From the IMG/VR virus record IMGVR_UViG_3300011116_000920, positions 4,368 through 68,367 of that record: a stretch of DNA of 64,000 nt; one strand, given 5' to 3'. Below the pieces are notes generated by a model. It worked only from the letters and a program-made list of their open reading frames with translations. It did no database searches and was not told where the DNA came from. Below are positions 20,047 through 29,428 of this stretch, piece after piece (position 1 is the first letter of the stretch; the number at the start of each line of letters is the position of its first letter). The DNA comes from a virus. A program made the position numbers and the translations under genes.

Positions 20047-20292
20047 ATGCAGTATCAAATTAAAAGAGAATGTTGGAATGAGAAAACATTAAATGGATAT
20101 GTAGATAATCCATATTGGAAAATAGATTTAAATAATTTAAGTTTTGGACTAACAGATAATGGTTATTTGTGGGCGATAGGAGTAACGGGACATATTGCAG
20201 AAAATCAATGCAAAGTCTATAAAATGTATATACAAAAATTAATTAAGGAGTGTAAACTTAGTATTGATATTAATAACCCCGCGGAAAATTAA
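20047..20292 (+). CDS. hypothetical protein
   Basis: Start reassigned after promoter and leader. Confidence 0.65.
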   Translation: MQYQIKRECWNEKTLNGYVDNPYWKIDLNNLSFGLTDNGYLWAIGVTGHIAENQCKVYKMYIQKLIKECKLSIDINNPAEN

Positions 20293-20296
20293 TAAG

Positions 20297-20497
20297 ATGA
20301 AAAATAAGAAAAAATTATTTGATGAGATTGGGTATATCCAATTATACAAACGAGGTATGTGTATTACTATTTGGTATGAACGTACATATCATCAGTACTG
20401 GTATTATACTCAAAAGGAGGCAATCCGTTTGTTTAAAGAAAAATATGGAATCAAAGGTAAAGTAGAGAAAACTAATTTTTGTCCATACACATTTTAA
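20297..20497 (+). CDS. hypothetical protein
   Basis: ORF in operon. Confidence 0.55.
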   Translation: MKNKKKLFDEIGYIQLYKRGMCITIWYERTYHQYWYYTQKEAIRLFKEKYGIKGKVEKTNFCPYTF

Positions 20498-20527
20498 ATG
20501 CTCACCCACTTGAAAATATTAAATAAA

Positions 20528-20740
20528 ATGAATAACAAACATATTTGGGAAGGTTGGACTGTTCAAGATTTTATAAATGAACTTGAACCCACATTTAATA
20601 GAATTGTTAACGGCCATTCCTGGACAGCACCTTTTAAGAACAGCAAAGAATTAAAAGAGTGGCTTATGGATAATCAACCGTATTATAAGAAGCATATCCC
20701 TGAGGTATTTAATTACTTTAAGGAAAGACTAAAGATATAA
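20528..20740 (+). CDS. hypothetical phage protein
   Basis: IWEGWTVQDFI...NQPYYKK motif. Confidence 0.65.
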   Translation: MNNKHIWEGWTVQDFINELEPTFNRIVNGHSWTAPFKNSKELKEWLMDNQPYYKKHIPEVFNYFKERLKI

Positions 20741-21069
20741 TAACTTGTTTTTTTGCCCCGTCGGATTTAGTGTCTGGCGGGGATTTTTAGGATCAGTGAA
20801 TTTCGCTCAAGGCAGGGCAAAGCCCTGCCTGAGTAATTTTTGGCAGGACTCCTTTTTAACATTTCTTTAACTATTATGGGAAAAACATTAACACTTCATT
20901 AACTACTTGGTATTGGTTTTACCCTTATCTTTGTGGTGTTATTAAGAGAAAGGGTAAGCAAATAGAAAGGCAAAAAAGTAATTTAAAAAAAGTTTGCCTA
21001 AAATTTGGAAATTAGAAAACTACTCTTTATCTTTGCAAAAGATTCTTAACCACTTTAAATTTTTAAACT

Positions 21070-21795
21070 ATGATTCTTTCAGAAGTAAAAAGCGCAAACC
21101 TAAGCGCTAAGTATGTGGCTATCAGTTCACAAAAATTGATTAATGACCTTAAATCTAATGGGTTTGAACTTTCAGGCTTTCAGACCAAAAAGAAAGGTGC
21201 TAAAAGTTCCGCACACCTTATTAGAATGAGGTACAATAAGGAATTAATCTTAAAGGGTGAAACCTTATACCCCGAAGTTGTTATTCGTAATTCTTTTGAC
21301 GGAACGGTTGGGTTTGAATGTTCAATGGGAATATTTAGATTAGTATGCTCAAACGGACTAACTGTATCAGATTCAAGATTTGAGTCCAAGATTTACAAAG
21401 TAAAGCATTTCGGAAAAAAAGCAATGGATATTTCGGAAAAGGTTATTTCGGGTGAAATCGTAGCTAACTTTTTTGATTTGCTACCTAAACTTGAGGAATA
21501 TGTATTGCAGCAAATGTCTGTAAACTTGACCGAAGAAAAGGCTATTGAGTTTGCTATGAAAGCTGCTGCCTTGCGTTTTAAGAGAATCTTTACAGAAAAA
21601 GAAGCAAAAGTACTACTTGCTTCAGAAAGGTTTGCTGATGATGAAAATACCCTTTGGGCAATTCAGAACCGTATTCAAGAAAAATTGATTAATGGGTTTG
21701 CAGGTAGAAGAAAATATTCTGCTTTAAAAGACCCTAACAAAACTGCGGTTATCAATGAGAGGTTAGCTAATCTTTCTATGGAGTTCGCAAATTAA
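21070..21795 (+). CDS. DUF932/DUF945-family protein
   Basis: IRNSFDGT...GIFRLVCSNGL...TLWAIQNRIQE. Confidence 0.8.
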   Translation: MILSEVKSANLSAKYVAISSQKLINDLKSNGFELSGFQTKKKGAKSSAHLIRMRYNKELILKGETLYPEVVIRNSFDGTVGFECSMGIFRLVCSNGLTVSDSRFESKIYKVKHFGKKAMDISEKVISGEIVANFFDLLPKLEEYVLQQMSVNLTEEKAIEFAMKAAALRFKRIFTEKEAKVLLASERFADDENTLWAIQNRIQEKLINGFAGRRKYSALKDPNKTAVINERLANLSMEFAN

Positions 21796-21884
21796 TTTAA
21801 AAAAATGTGGGGGGATATTTGGATATGTCAACTATCCCCCATATATTTGCATCAGATTATTAATCACTTTAAAATGTCTTAAAA

Positions 21885-22049
21885 ATGGATAAGTATGTTT
21901 TAGTTTGTTGGCCGGAAAGTCAATTATTAATGGACGTGGAATGGTTCGATGAATGTATACTAATGAATGACATGGAGCATTTAGCTGACATAGGTTCTTC
22001 TGCCTACTTTGTTCCGGAGGATAGATATTTGGAATTAACAAGTAAGTAA
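21885..22049 (+). CDS. small hypothetical protein (54 aa, not in ORF track)
   Basis: MDKYVLVCWPESQLLM...GSSAYFVP after promoter and leader. Confidence 0.65.
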   Translation: MDKYVLVCWPESQLLMDVEWFDECILMNDMEHLADIGSSAYFVPEDRYLELTSK

Positions 22050-22131
22050 TAAAGATGAGGGAATGTTTGGAAATGTAAAATGTTCCCCCTATCTTTGCGC
22101 TATAATTATTCACCACTTAATATTTTAAATC

Positions 22132-22608
22132 ATGCACAATCTTCATTTAATTAGAACAAAAGCTGATTCTCATTCCGACGCTCTTAGTATTGTTGAAGAC
22201 TTTTTACAAAGTTGGGGTACTGAGAATAATTGGTCAACTGTATTGGGTTCTCATTGCAAAGAGGATAAATCATTTTCGGAACATTTTGACGAAAAATGGG
22301 TAACTAAGGATGAATTACTAAATGACCCAAATAGATTTGATTTCTTAACAGAGGTAAATGCCTACTATAAGGAAGCATTCCATAAGGTATCTAATTTAGG
22401 AGGTACTGTATTGATTAAACCTTTTGATTGGAGGGCTGCTGCTAAATACTGCAAAGAGCAATCTGAGATATCAAATCTTTTAGACCCTACTAAAGTTGAT
22501 ATATGGTCAGATACTTTCTACGAGTTTGATATTGACGAGCCTGGCATTACAGACCTATGTTATGATGGTGCTCTAACTTTCATTGTGTTGGTTGATATGC
22601 ACTCGTAA
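22132..22608 (+). CDS. hypothetical phage protein (MH...VDMHS ends)
   Basis: Cassette gene followed by a terminator. Confidence 0.7.
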   Translation: MHNLHLIRTKADSHSDALSIVEDFLQSWGTENNWSTVLGSHCKEDKSFSEHFDEKWVTKDELLNDPNRFDFLTEVNAYYKEAFHKVSNLGGTVLIKPFDWRAAAKYCKEQSEISNLLDPTKVDIWSDTFYEFDIDEPGITDLCYDGALTFIVLVDMHS

Positions 22609-22921
22609 ATAAAAACCCTCTTAGTGAAAGCTAAGAGGGTTTTTCTATGCCAGTGAATTTCGCTCAGGGCAGGGCAAAGCCCTGCCTGAGTAATTTTTGG
22701 CGGGATCCCTTTTTAACATTTCTTTAACTATACCAGGGAAAACATTAACACTCCCTTAACTACTAGGTATTGTATTTATGCTTATCTTTGCAGTGTTATA
22801 AAGAGAGAGGGTAAATAGAAAGGCAAAAAAGTAATTTAAAAAAAGTTTGCCTTAAATTTGGAAAATAGAAAAATACCCCTTATCTTTGCCAAAGATTTTT
22901 AACCACTTAAATAAACTTGCT

Positions 22922-23629
22922 ATGTTAAAGCAAATTAATTTCAGATTAGGCGACGTTATCCATTGCATAGATATCAAGCCTAGCGCTACGCCTAAGCTCG
23001 CTAAAAAAGGCGAAATTATCCTACAAACTTATCATTTTTCTATCGACCAGATTAATGAGGGCAGCCTAAAAAATGATTCCAAGGTGTGTTTTGATTGTAA
23101 GTTCTCTTACAATGCAAACGGTGGAAAATCAGGCGGTTGCTATACCCATGCGAACGGATCCTTAGCGTGGGGATTAATAGCAAAAGTAAAAGCTTTAAAG
23201 AAGCGTTTGGATAACGGATTAATTCCGGAGGGAACAAATGGGGTAATGGAACAAATTACAAGCGTTACAAAAAAGGTTAAAATATCCTTTGCTAGAATGG
23301 GAACGTATGGGGAGCCTACCTTATTACCTTTTGAATTGCTAGAACAAATAAGGCCTTTGGTTGGCAAGGTATCGGGATATACTCACCAATGGCATAAACC
23401 CGAAAATAAGCAATATGCAAAATACCTAATGGCAAGTACGCATAATATATTTGACGTAAAATTGGCCGAAGGTTTGGGATTTAGGTCTTACAATGCGAGT
23501 GAGGTTGAAGGTGCTATCCTTTGTCCATCAGCGCCAACCATAGCAAAGGAGAAGCAAGTAAGCTGCGCTAAATGTGGATTGTGTGAAGGTGGAAAGAAGG
23601 CTAAGAATATCTACAATGTAATCCATTAA
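22922..23629 (+). CDS. Cys-rich putative Fe-S/Zn protein, paralog of 17357-18061
   Basis: Same Cys and GYTHQW motifs. Confidence 0.7.
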   Translation: MLKQINFRLGDVIHCIDIKPSATPKLAKKGEIILQTYHFSIDQINEGSLKNDSKVCFDCKFSYNANGGKSGGCYTHANGSLAWGLIAKVKALKKRLDNGLIPEGTNGVMEQITSVTKKVKISFARMGTYGEPTLLPFELLEQIRPLVGKVSGYTHQWHKPENKQYAKYLMASTHNIFDVKLAEGLGFRSYNASEVEGAILCPSAPTIAKEKQVSCAKCGLCEGGKKAKNIYNVIH

Positions 23630-23714
23630 CATAATCTTAACATAGGGGGACTTGGTTTTATCAAATGTTCCCCCTATCTTTGCATCATATTAATAACCAC
23701 TTAAATTAAAAAAC

Positions 23715-24125
23715 ATGAAAAGGATTAAGGTTAGATTCTCTTTACAACGTGGAGAGAATTACATGAAATGGAGAGTCATTGGTAGCGATGGGGTTGTCAC
23801 ATATTACAATCCATGTGACGTTCAATTAATCATGAGAGGTTGCACGTTAAGGAACAATAAGAAATTAGCTACAAAGATTTACAATGGTGAAAGTACGAAG
23901 GTTGTATGTGCATGGATTTTATGTGATGATTTAGAGATTAGACATTCTGATTTTATTAAGGAATCTGATTTTAAAATTAAGTACAACCCTAAACTTGCTC
24001 CTCACTGGATGTTCCTGGGAGAGGATATAGATAATAGGAATATTTCTTACATTGTTTCGGTTGACTTTAAGTTATGTATTGATTTGATTCCCGATGCTAT
24101 GGGATTGGGAGGATATAAGAGTTAA
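23715..24125 (+). CDS. hypothetical phage protein
   Basis: KVRFSLQRGENYMKW...KVVCAWI...YNP motif. Confidence 0.7.
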   Translation: MKRIKVRFSLQRGENYMKWRVIGSDGVVTYYNPCDVQLIMRGCTLRNNKKLATKIYNGESTKVVCAWILCDDLEIRHSDFIKESDFKIKYNPKLAPHWMFLGEDIDNRNISYIVSVDFKLCIDLIPDAMGLGGYKS

Positions 24126-24234
24126 GAATTCCCCACGGAAAATTAACAAAACATTAACGATAGGGGGTATTGCATATTATATCCGATACCCCTATCTTTG
24201 CATCATAATTAATCACCACTTTAAAACAAAAAAA

Positions 24235-24531
24235 ATGGAAAACATTGAGCAGCCAATGGAAACTTTTGATTTTTTCCTTGACCAAAAAATAACTACATGG
24301 ATGCGTACTAGATTTAGCGTGGAAGCTACATCAAGAGAAGAGGCAATAGAGAAAGCTAAGAAGGAGTATGAGGAGTTATGCCGGGATGAATCTTGGGAGG
24401 AGATTCCGGACGTTCAAGAAACAATGACTGTAAGAGATAACGCTGGTTTTAGCACCGAAGAAGTTTACATAGATGAATTTCCTACAATTAAGATTTGGGA
24501 AAATGGCATGAACTCATTAGAAGATTTTTAA
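24235..24531 (+). CDS. hypothetical protein (VEA.S.EEA motif)
   Basis: Start reassigned to MENIEQ. Confidence 0.65.
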   Translation: MENIEQPMETFDFFLDQKITTWMRTRFSVEATSREEAIEKAKKEYEELCRDESWEEIPDVQETMTVRDNAGFSTEEVYIDEFPTIKIWENGMNSLEDF

Positions 24532-24619
24532 CAAAACATTAACGATAGGGATATTGCATAGTATATCCAATACCCTTATCTTTGCATCATAATTAATCAC
24601 CACTTTAAAACAAAAAAAA

Positions 24620-24877
24620 ATGGAAAAGAATTTAGAAATTAAAACTTTTTGGACTAATAAGGCTAAAGAAGTTCTTCTCGGTAGAAAAATTGTAGGTGTT
24701 AGATATCTAACCGACAAAGAAATGCAGACACTTGATTGGTATGAAAGGTCTGTTGTATTTGTTTTAGATAATGGTACTCTATGTTTTATAGCATCAGATG
24801 ATGAAGGTAATGGTGGGGGTAGTCTTCACTATTTTCTCAACAACGATGAATTTAATATCTTGCCTACATTATCATAA
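24620..24877 (+). CDS. hypothetical phage protein
   Basis: SDDEGNGGG motif. Confidence 0.7.
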   Translation: MEKNLEIKTFWTNKAKEVLLGRKIVGVRYLTDKEMQTLDWYERSVVFVLDNGTLCFIASDDEGNGGGSLHYFLNNDEFNILPTLS

Positions 24878-24905
24878 TTAATCACCACTTAAAAAACAAA
24901 AAAAA

Positions 24906-25136
24906 ATGAACTTTATTGAATTAACTGAATTAGACGGTACAAAATTTATTGCAAACATAAATCTCATACTAAGAGTTTATGTAAATAGTAAAGGTCTAAC
25001 CACGATTATTGATTTGAACACCACTTTGAACACCACAGGTTATCCAATCTATGTTGAGGAATCATACGCAGAGGTTATAGAGAAAATCTATACAGTTGAT
25101 ACTAATACTCTTAGACTTAAATATAAAAATCAATAA
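24906..25136 (+). CDS. FlbD-like small protein, paralog of 27454-27660
   Basis: MNFIELTELDG.KFI.NINLI..V...VEES..EV..KI. Confidence 0.65.
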   Translation: MNFIELTELDGTKFIANINLILRVYVNSKGLTTIIDLNTTLNTTGYPIYVEESYAEVIEKIYTVDTNTLRLKYKNQ

Positions 25137-25156
25137 CCACTTTAAAACAAAAAAAA

Positions 25157-25369
25157 ATGAAACACACTGTTAAGGTAGTATTTGGAAAAGAACAAGTCAA
25201 AAAACTTTACGAAGGTGAGACACTTACTGATGATGAGATTTATAGTAATGTACAAGAATATGATTTTGATACTTCAGCTGAAAAATCTGCTTTTATCAAA
25301 GGTCTATTTGAGTCTTTAGGATGGGAAGATATTTGTATTCCTGAACTTGAATTTAATCATAATAAATAA
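25157..25369 (+). CDS. hypothetical protein
   Basis: F.T.AE..AF.KG motif; leader motif. Confidence 0.65.
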   Translation: MKHTVKVVFGKEQVKKLYEGETLTDDEIYSNVQEYDFDTSAEKSAFIKGLFESLGWEDICIPELEFNHNK

Positions 25370-25389
25370 CCACTTTAAAACAAAAAAAA

Positions 25390-25557
25390 ATGTTAGTAGA
25401 ACTAAAGGAAATCTCAAGAAGAGATTTAGTAGAGGCTTTAGAGGAATTACTTTCAGATGAGTTTGATTCATCAGAACTTGTTTACTTGACCGAAGAAGAA
25501 CTCATTAGGTCTATAATCAATGCAGCTAAATTCTACAAAGAATCGTATAATAATTAA
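25390..25557 (+). CDS. acidic small protein (55 aa, not in ORF track)
   Basis: MLVELKEISRRDLVEALEELLSDEFD... after ACCACTTTAAAAC leader. Confidence 0.6.
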   Translation: MLVELKEISRRDLVEALEELLSDEFDSSELVYLTEEELIRSIINAAKFYKESYNN

Positions 25558-25567
25558 ATAAAAAGTA

Positions 25568-25641
25568 AGTCAGGTAGCTCAATGGTAAGAGCGGATGCAG
25601 TCGGGTAGGCGGTGCAGGTTCGATTCCTGCCCTGACTTCCA
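25568..25641 (+). ncRNA. tRNA-like RNA with intact acceptor, D and T arms and CCA but no anticodon stem
   Basis: AGTCAGG/CCTGACT, GCTC-AATGGTAA-GAGC, GCAGG-TTCGATT-CCTGC, T-CCA. Confidence 0.75.
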
Positions 25642-25699
25642 AAGGTTAATAGATGTTTAAGTGGTTTGGCTCCTGGCAGTAATGTCAGGAGTTTTTTTT
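25642..25699 (+). ncRNA. candidate sRNA (tRNA-like trailer) with anti-leader seed and terminator
   Basis: GTTTAAGTGGTT (25655) then GCTCCTGGCA-GTAA-TGTCAGGAGT-T8. Confidence 0.45.
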
Positions 25700-26037
25700 G
25701 TTGCTAGCAAATTTCGCTCAGGCAAGGCTTCGCCTTGCCTGAGTAAATTTTGCCGCTCCCCCTTTCCGGGATGGCCAGGGATCTATGGGGAAAATCCAGG
25801 CGTTAACATTTTTTAACATTTCTTTAAGATCCTTTTAACATTTGAAATTAGGATATTAGATAGATGGGATGTATCTTTGCAATGTCAATTAGATGATGGG
25901 GAATAGATGAGATATGGTATGGGTTACATTTTACTGCATTTCATTTTAACATGACTTTAACATTTTAGGATTAGGATATTAGATGGAATGTCATTATCTT
26001 TGCGACATATTATTAACCACTTTAAATTTTTAGAATC

Positions 26038-26610
26038 ATGCCAAATTGGTGTTCAAATTGTATCTCATTTGAAGGTAATGAGAAAGCTATGGAAACATTT
26101 AGAAAAGATGTTGCCAGTATTGAGGACGGTCATTGTATATTTACTGCATTGACGGATTATAAAGAAGAATGGAGCTATGATGCTTGGTGTAATGAGTTCG
26201 GCACTAAATGGAGTGTAACGATGGACGATGACATTAGACATTCAGTAGAAAACAATGATTACTTTAATTGTGAAACGGCTTGGAGTCCATGTACGGAATT
26301 TGTTAAGAAGGTATGTAAGAAGTACGGAATAGAAGGACGGATTGAATATTCAGAACCAGGGAATGACTTTGCAGGATTTGTATCTATTGATGTGGATGGA
26401 TGTATAGTAGATGAAGTAGTGATGTCTTGTAAGGAATATGAATATAAGCATTTAGATGTTGATTATTTATTTGAGAATTTTGTCGATGATGTTAAAGAAG
26501 GATTGATTGAAAGTGAGGAGGATGTAAGAGAGGAATATTCATTTGTTACTGAGGGAGATATGGAGAGATTGATTACATTGTATTATAATAATCTCCCCTC
26601 GAAAAATTAA
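26038..26610 (+). CDS. DUF1281/YubB ferredoxin-like domain protein
   Basis: MPNWCSN, FGTKW, ETAWSP, YSEPG.FAG. Confidence 0.8.
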   Translation: MPNWCSNCISFEGNEKAMETFRKDVASIEDGHCIFTALTDYKEEWSYDAWCNEFGTKWSVTMDDDIRHSVENNDYFNCETAWSPCTEFVKKVCKKYGIEGRIEYSEPGNDFAGFVSIDVDGCIVDEVVMSCKEYEYKHLDVDYLFENFVDDVKEGLIESEEDVREEYSFVTEGDMERLITLYYNNLPSKN

Positions 26611-26695
26611 CATAATATTAACGCTAGGGGTATTGCGTAGTAAATTCAATACCCCTATCTTTGCACTATATTCTTTACCACTAAACTAAAAAAAA

Positions 26696-27367
26696 ATGAG
26701 AGTTTTAATTGCGTGTGAGGAAAGCCAAGCAACAACAAAGGAATTTAGAAAGTTAGGACACGAGGCATTTTCTTGCGACTTACTACCGTGTAGCGGTGGC
26801 CATCCGGAATGGCATTTCCAATGCGACGTTTTCAAAGTAATAAATGAAGGTTGGGATTTACTGATTGGCCATCCACCTTGTACGTTCCTAACGGGAAGCG
26901 GTGTTCAATGGTTATCTAATCCCGAAGATAAGGACTTGCCTTTCGAAGAGCGTAGGCCTCATCCTAAGTACCCTAACAGAAGAAAGGATATGTTAGATAG
27001 CGTGGAATTTGTAAAGGCTCTTTATGATTCTAATATAAAACACGTTGCTATTGAGAACCCCGTTGGCTTATTGAGTAGCAGATGGAAGAAGCCTAATCAA
27101 ATAGTTCAGCCTTATATGTTTGGGGATGAGGCGACAAAGACTACTTGCTTATGGTTAAAGAACCTACCCGAATTAGAGCCTACGAACATAGTAGGTAAAG
27201 GTGAAAGAACATTTTTCAGCTCGGGTAAATCACACCCTAAATGGTATGCCGATGCTTTGAAGAATGCTAAGACTAAGCAAGAAAGACAGACGTTGAGAAG
27301 TAAGACATTCTTAGGAATGGCAGAAGCGATGGCTACTCAATGGTCAAAATACATAGAAGAAAATTAA
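26696..27367 (+). CDS. C5 cytosine DNA methyltransferase-like protein
   Basis: VLIACEES, HPPCT (PC), IENP, RSKTF.GMA.AMA.QW. Confidence 0.8.
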   Translation: MRVLIACEESQATTKEFRKLGHEAFSCDLLPCSGGHPEWHFQCDVFKVINEGWDLLIGHPPCTFLTGSGVQWLSNPEDKDLPFEERRPHPKYPNRRKDMLDSVEFVKALYDSNIKHVAIENPVGLLSSRWKKPNQIVQPYMFGDEATKTTCLWLKNLPELEPTNIVGKGERTFFSSGKSHPKWYADALKNAKTKQERQTLRSKTFLGMAEAMATQWSKYIEEN

Positions 27368-27453
27368 CAAAACATTAACGCTAGGGGTATTGCGTAGTAA
27401 ATTCAATACCCCTATCTTTGCACTAAATTATTCACCACTTTAAAACAAAAAAA

Positions 27454-27660
27454 ATGAACTTTATTGAATTAACTGAATTAGACGGTAAAAAATTTATTGG
27501 AAACATAAATCTCATACAAAGAGTTTATGTAAATAGTAAAGGTGTAACCGTGGTTATTGGTTGGAAAACCTCTGGTTATCCACACTTTATTGAGGAATCA
27601 TACGAAAAGGTTGTAGAGAAAATCAATGCGAGGTTAGCGGGTGTCAATAGACTTAAATAA
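27454..27660 (+). CDS. FlbD-like small protein, paralog of 24906-25136
   Basis: Near-identical N-terminus at DNA level. Confidence 0.65.
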   Translation: MNFIELTELDGKKFIGNINLIQRVYVNSKGVTVVIGWKTSGYPHFIEESYEKVVEKINARLAGVNRLK

Positions 27661-27686
27661 TTAATCACCACTTTAAAACTAAAAAA

Positions 27687-27875
27687 ATGAAAAAAGTCAT
27701 TGAAGGGAAAAGACCTGCTCCGATGAAGGATGAGAAGTACATCATCTTTAAGGGCGAGAGTATTGTAGGTACTGCAAATTCTCTTGCGAAAGCTTGGGAA
27801 ATCTACGATGGTCAAAAACCAAAAATCCGGATCCTTGACGGTCGGGCTATCTATAGAGCAATCCACGAAGAGTAA
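27687..27875 (+). CDS. hypothetical protein
   Basis: Leader motif before ATG. Confidence 0.6.
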   Translation: MKKVIEGKRPAPMKDEKYIIFKGESIVGTANSLAKAWEIYDGQKPKIRILDGRAIYRAIHEE

Positions 27876-27908
27876 AAATTAATCACCACTTTAAAACTAA
27901 AAAAAAAA

Positions 27909-28145
27909 ATGAACGAAGTAGAAAAGGCAAAAGCAGTATTAAGAGCGAATGGTTACTTTGTAGATAACCTATGGCATATCCAGGATGTACAAGCTAACTA
28001 CATGAAGGCTAGCGACGAAGAAGCTCAAAAGATTTTAAACATAGCGCTAACCAACGAAGCTACTATGGAACAAATATCGTTTGCAATTACCGATGCGATA
28101 GAGTCTTACTTTGATGATGAGTTAGATAACGATTACGAAGATTAA
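27909..28145 (+). CDS. hypothetical phage protein
   Basis: GYFVDNLWHI.DV motif; leader. Confidence 0.65.
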   Translation: MNEVEKAKAVLRANGYFVDNLWHIQDVQANYMKASDEEAQKILNIALTNEATMEQISFAITDAIESYFDDELDNDYED

Positions 28146-28232
28146 CATAATCTTAACGATAGGGGTGTTGCATATTATATCCGATACCCTTATCTTTGCA
28201 CTATATTATTTACCACTAAACTAAAAAAACAA

Positions 28233-28523
28233 ATGACAAGGGAATTCGTTGAGAGCATAGAGTCCAAGTTAAATATTAATTTCGGGTATTTTATCAGATG
28301 CGATGACGAGAGAGTACGTGTAAATCCTAATATCTCTACACCTAAAGGTATAGCTACTGACATGTACTTTCACCTTTGGGAAACCGAAAGGTTAATCTAT
28401 GCGTTGGAATTATTCGAAAAGCATAATTTAAACTATGATTTTGGGTTTCAGGAATGGGATGAGGAATCTCAAGAAATTGATGAAATACTGTACGTAGATA
28501 ATAATTACCTAAATAATTGTTAG
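28233..28523 (+). CDS. hypothetical protein
   Basis: Promoter and leader. Confidence 0.65.
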   Translation: MTREFVESIESKLNINFGYFIRCDDERVRVNPNISTPKGIATDMYFHLWETERLIYALELFEKHNLNYDFGFQEWDEESQEIDEILYVDNNYLNNC

Positions 28524-28607
28524 TAAAAAAATGTAAGGGAATGTTTGGATATGTTAAATACTTCCCCTATCTTTGCACTAAATTATTAACCACTAAACTA
28601 AAAAAAA

Positions 28608-29342
28608 ATGGGCGACCAAAAAATTAAGATTGTAGAAGATTTTGTATGGCTATTGATTACCGACAAAGCTAAGGAAGTTTACCAGTCGGGTTTATTTGAT
28701 GGTTCTATCTGTGCGCTACATGATGACGGTAGCGAGGATTTATGTGAGACCTACGAAGACCTTACCGAAGCATTAGAGAGAGGTCTTGAAATCGGGATAG
28801 AGGTTGGTCATATAAACAAACCAGAGCCTAAGAAAATAGAATGGTTTAATGACCTACGTAATTTAGATGTTAGGGAATTTAGGAACCTAGACCCTATTAT
28901 GGAAGCTAAGACAGATGAGGAGTGGGTTAGAGCAGGAGAGCAAGGCATTCCAGCTTGGTGCTACTACAACAATGACCCAGCGAACAACGAAATATTTGGC
29001 AAGCTATATAATTGGCATGCGGTAAATGATAAGAGAGGACTTGCACCAGAAGGATATAGAATCCCAACCATAAAGGAGTTAGATGATTTGTATATTAGTC
29101 CAGGTTATCCAGCGTCAGGGTGGCGTACTAAAATAACTAATTTCTGTAAACATCTTCACGGAAATTACTTCACTTGTTTTGATGGCCTTAGAGAAAGAAG
29201 TTTCATTTGGAGTTCTACGGAAGATGATATTGATACAGATTTTGCTTGGTACAGTTACTTTACAAGACACCACGATACTACTCAGGGCATAGACGTAAAT
29301 TACAAGTCAATGGGTGCATCGGTTATCTGCATCAAAGATTAA
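28608..29342 (+). CDS. Fibrobacter succinogenes major paralogous (FISUMP) domain protein
   Basis: PAWCYY, GKLYNWHAV, LAPEGYRIPT..E, WSST, GASVICIKD. Confidence 0.8.
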   Translation: MGDQKIKIVEDFVWLLITDKAKEVYQSGLFDGSICALHDDGSEDLCETYEDLTEALERGLEIGIEVGHINKPEPKKIEWFNDLRNLDVREFRNLDPIMEAKTDEEWVRAGEQGIPAWCYYNNDPANNEIFGKLYNWHAVNDKRGLAPEGYRIPTIKELDDLYISPGYPASGWRTKITNFCKHLHGNYFTCFDGLRERSFIWSSTEDDIDTDFAWYSYFTRHHDTTQGIDVNYKSMGASVICIKD

Positions 29343-29428
29343 CAAAATTTTAACATGGGGGGATTTGGATTTCTTGTTTATCCCCCCTATATTTGCATCA
29401 TATTATTCACCACTTTAAAACTACAAAA

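Larger units (their letters stand above)
15745..25753 (+). repeat. intergenic hairpin repeat family B, 7 copies
   Basis: GCCAGTGAATTTCGCTCAGGGCAGGGC-NNN-GCCCTGCCTGAGTAAATTTTGGC at ~15745, 16463, 17182, 18473, 20793, 22649, 25706; covarying GGCAAGGC/GCCTTGCC in the last copy. Confidence 0.9.

Noticed and set aside
10046-25753. CRISPR array
   Set aside because: Repeats are separated by 0.5-3 kb of genes rather than 30-40-nt spacers, and no cas genes are present.
15745-25753. Canonical integron attC sites
   Set aside because: No RYYYAAC/GTTRRRY ends and no integrase in the window; only an analogy is retained.
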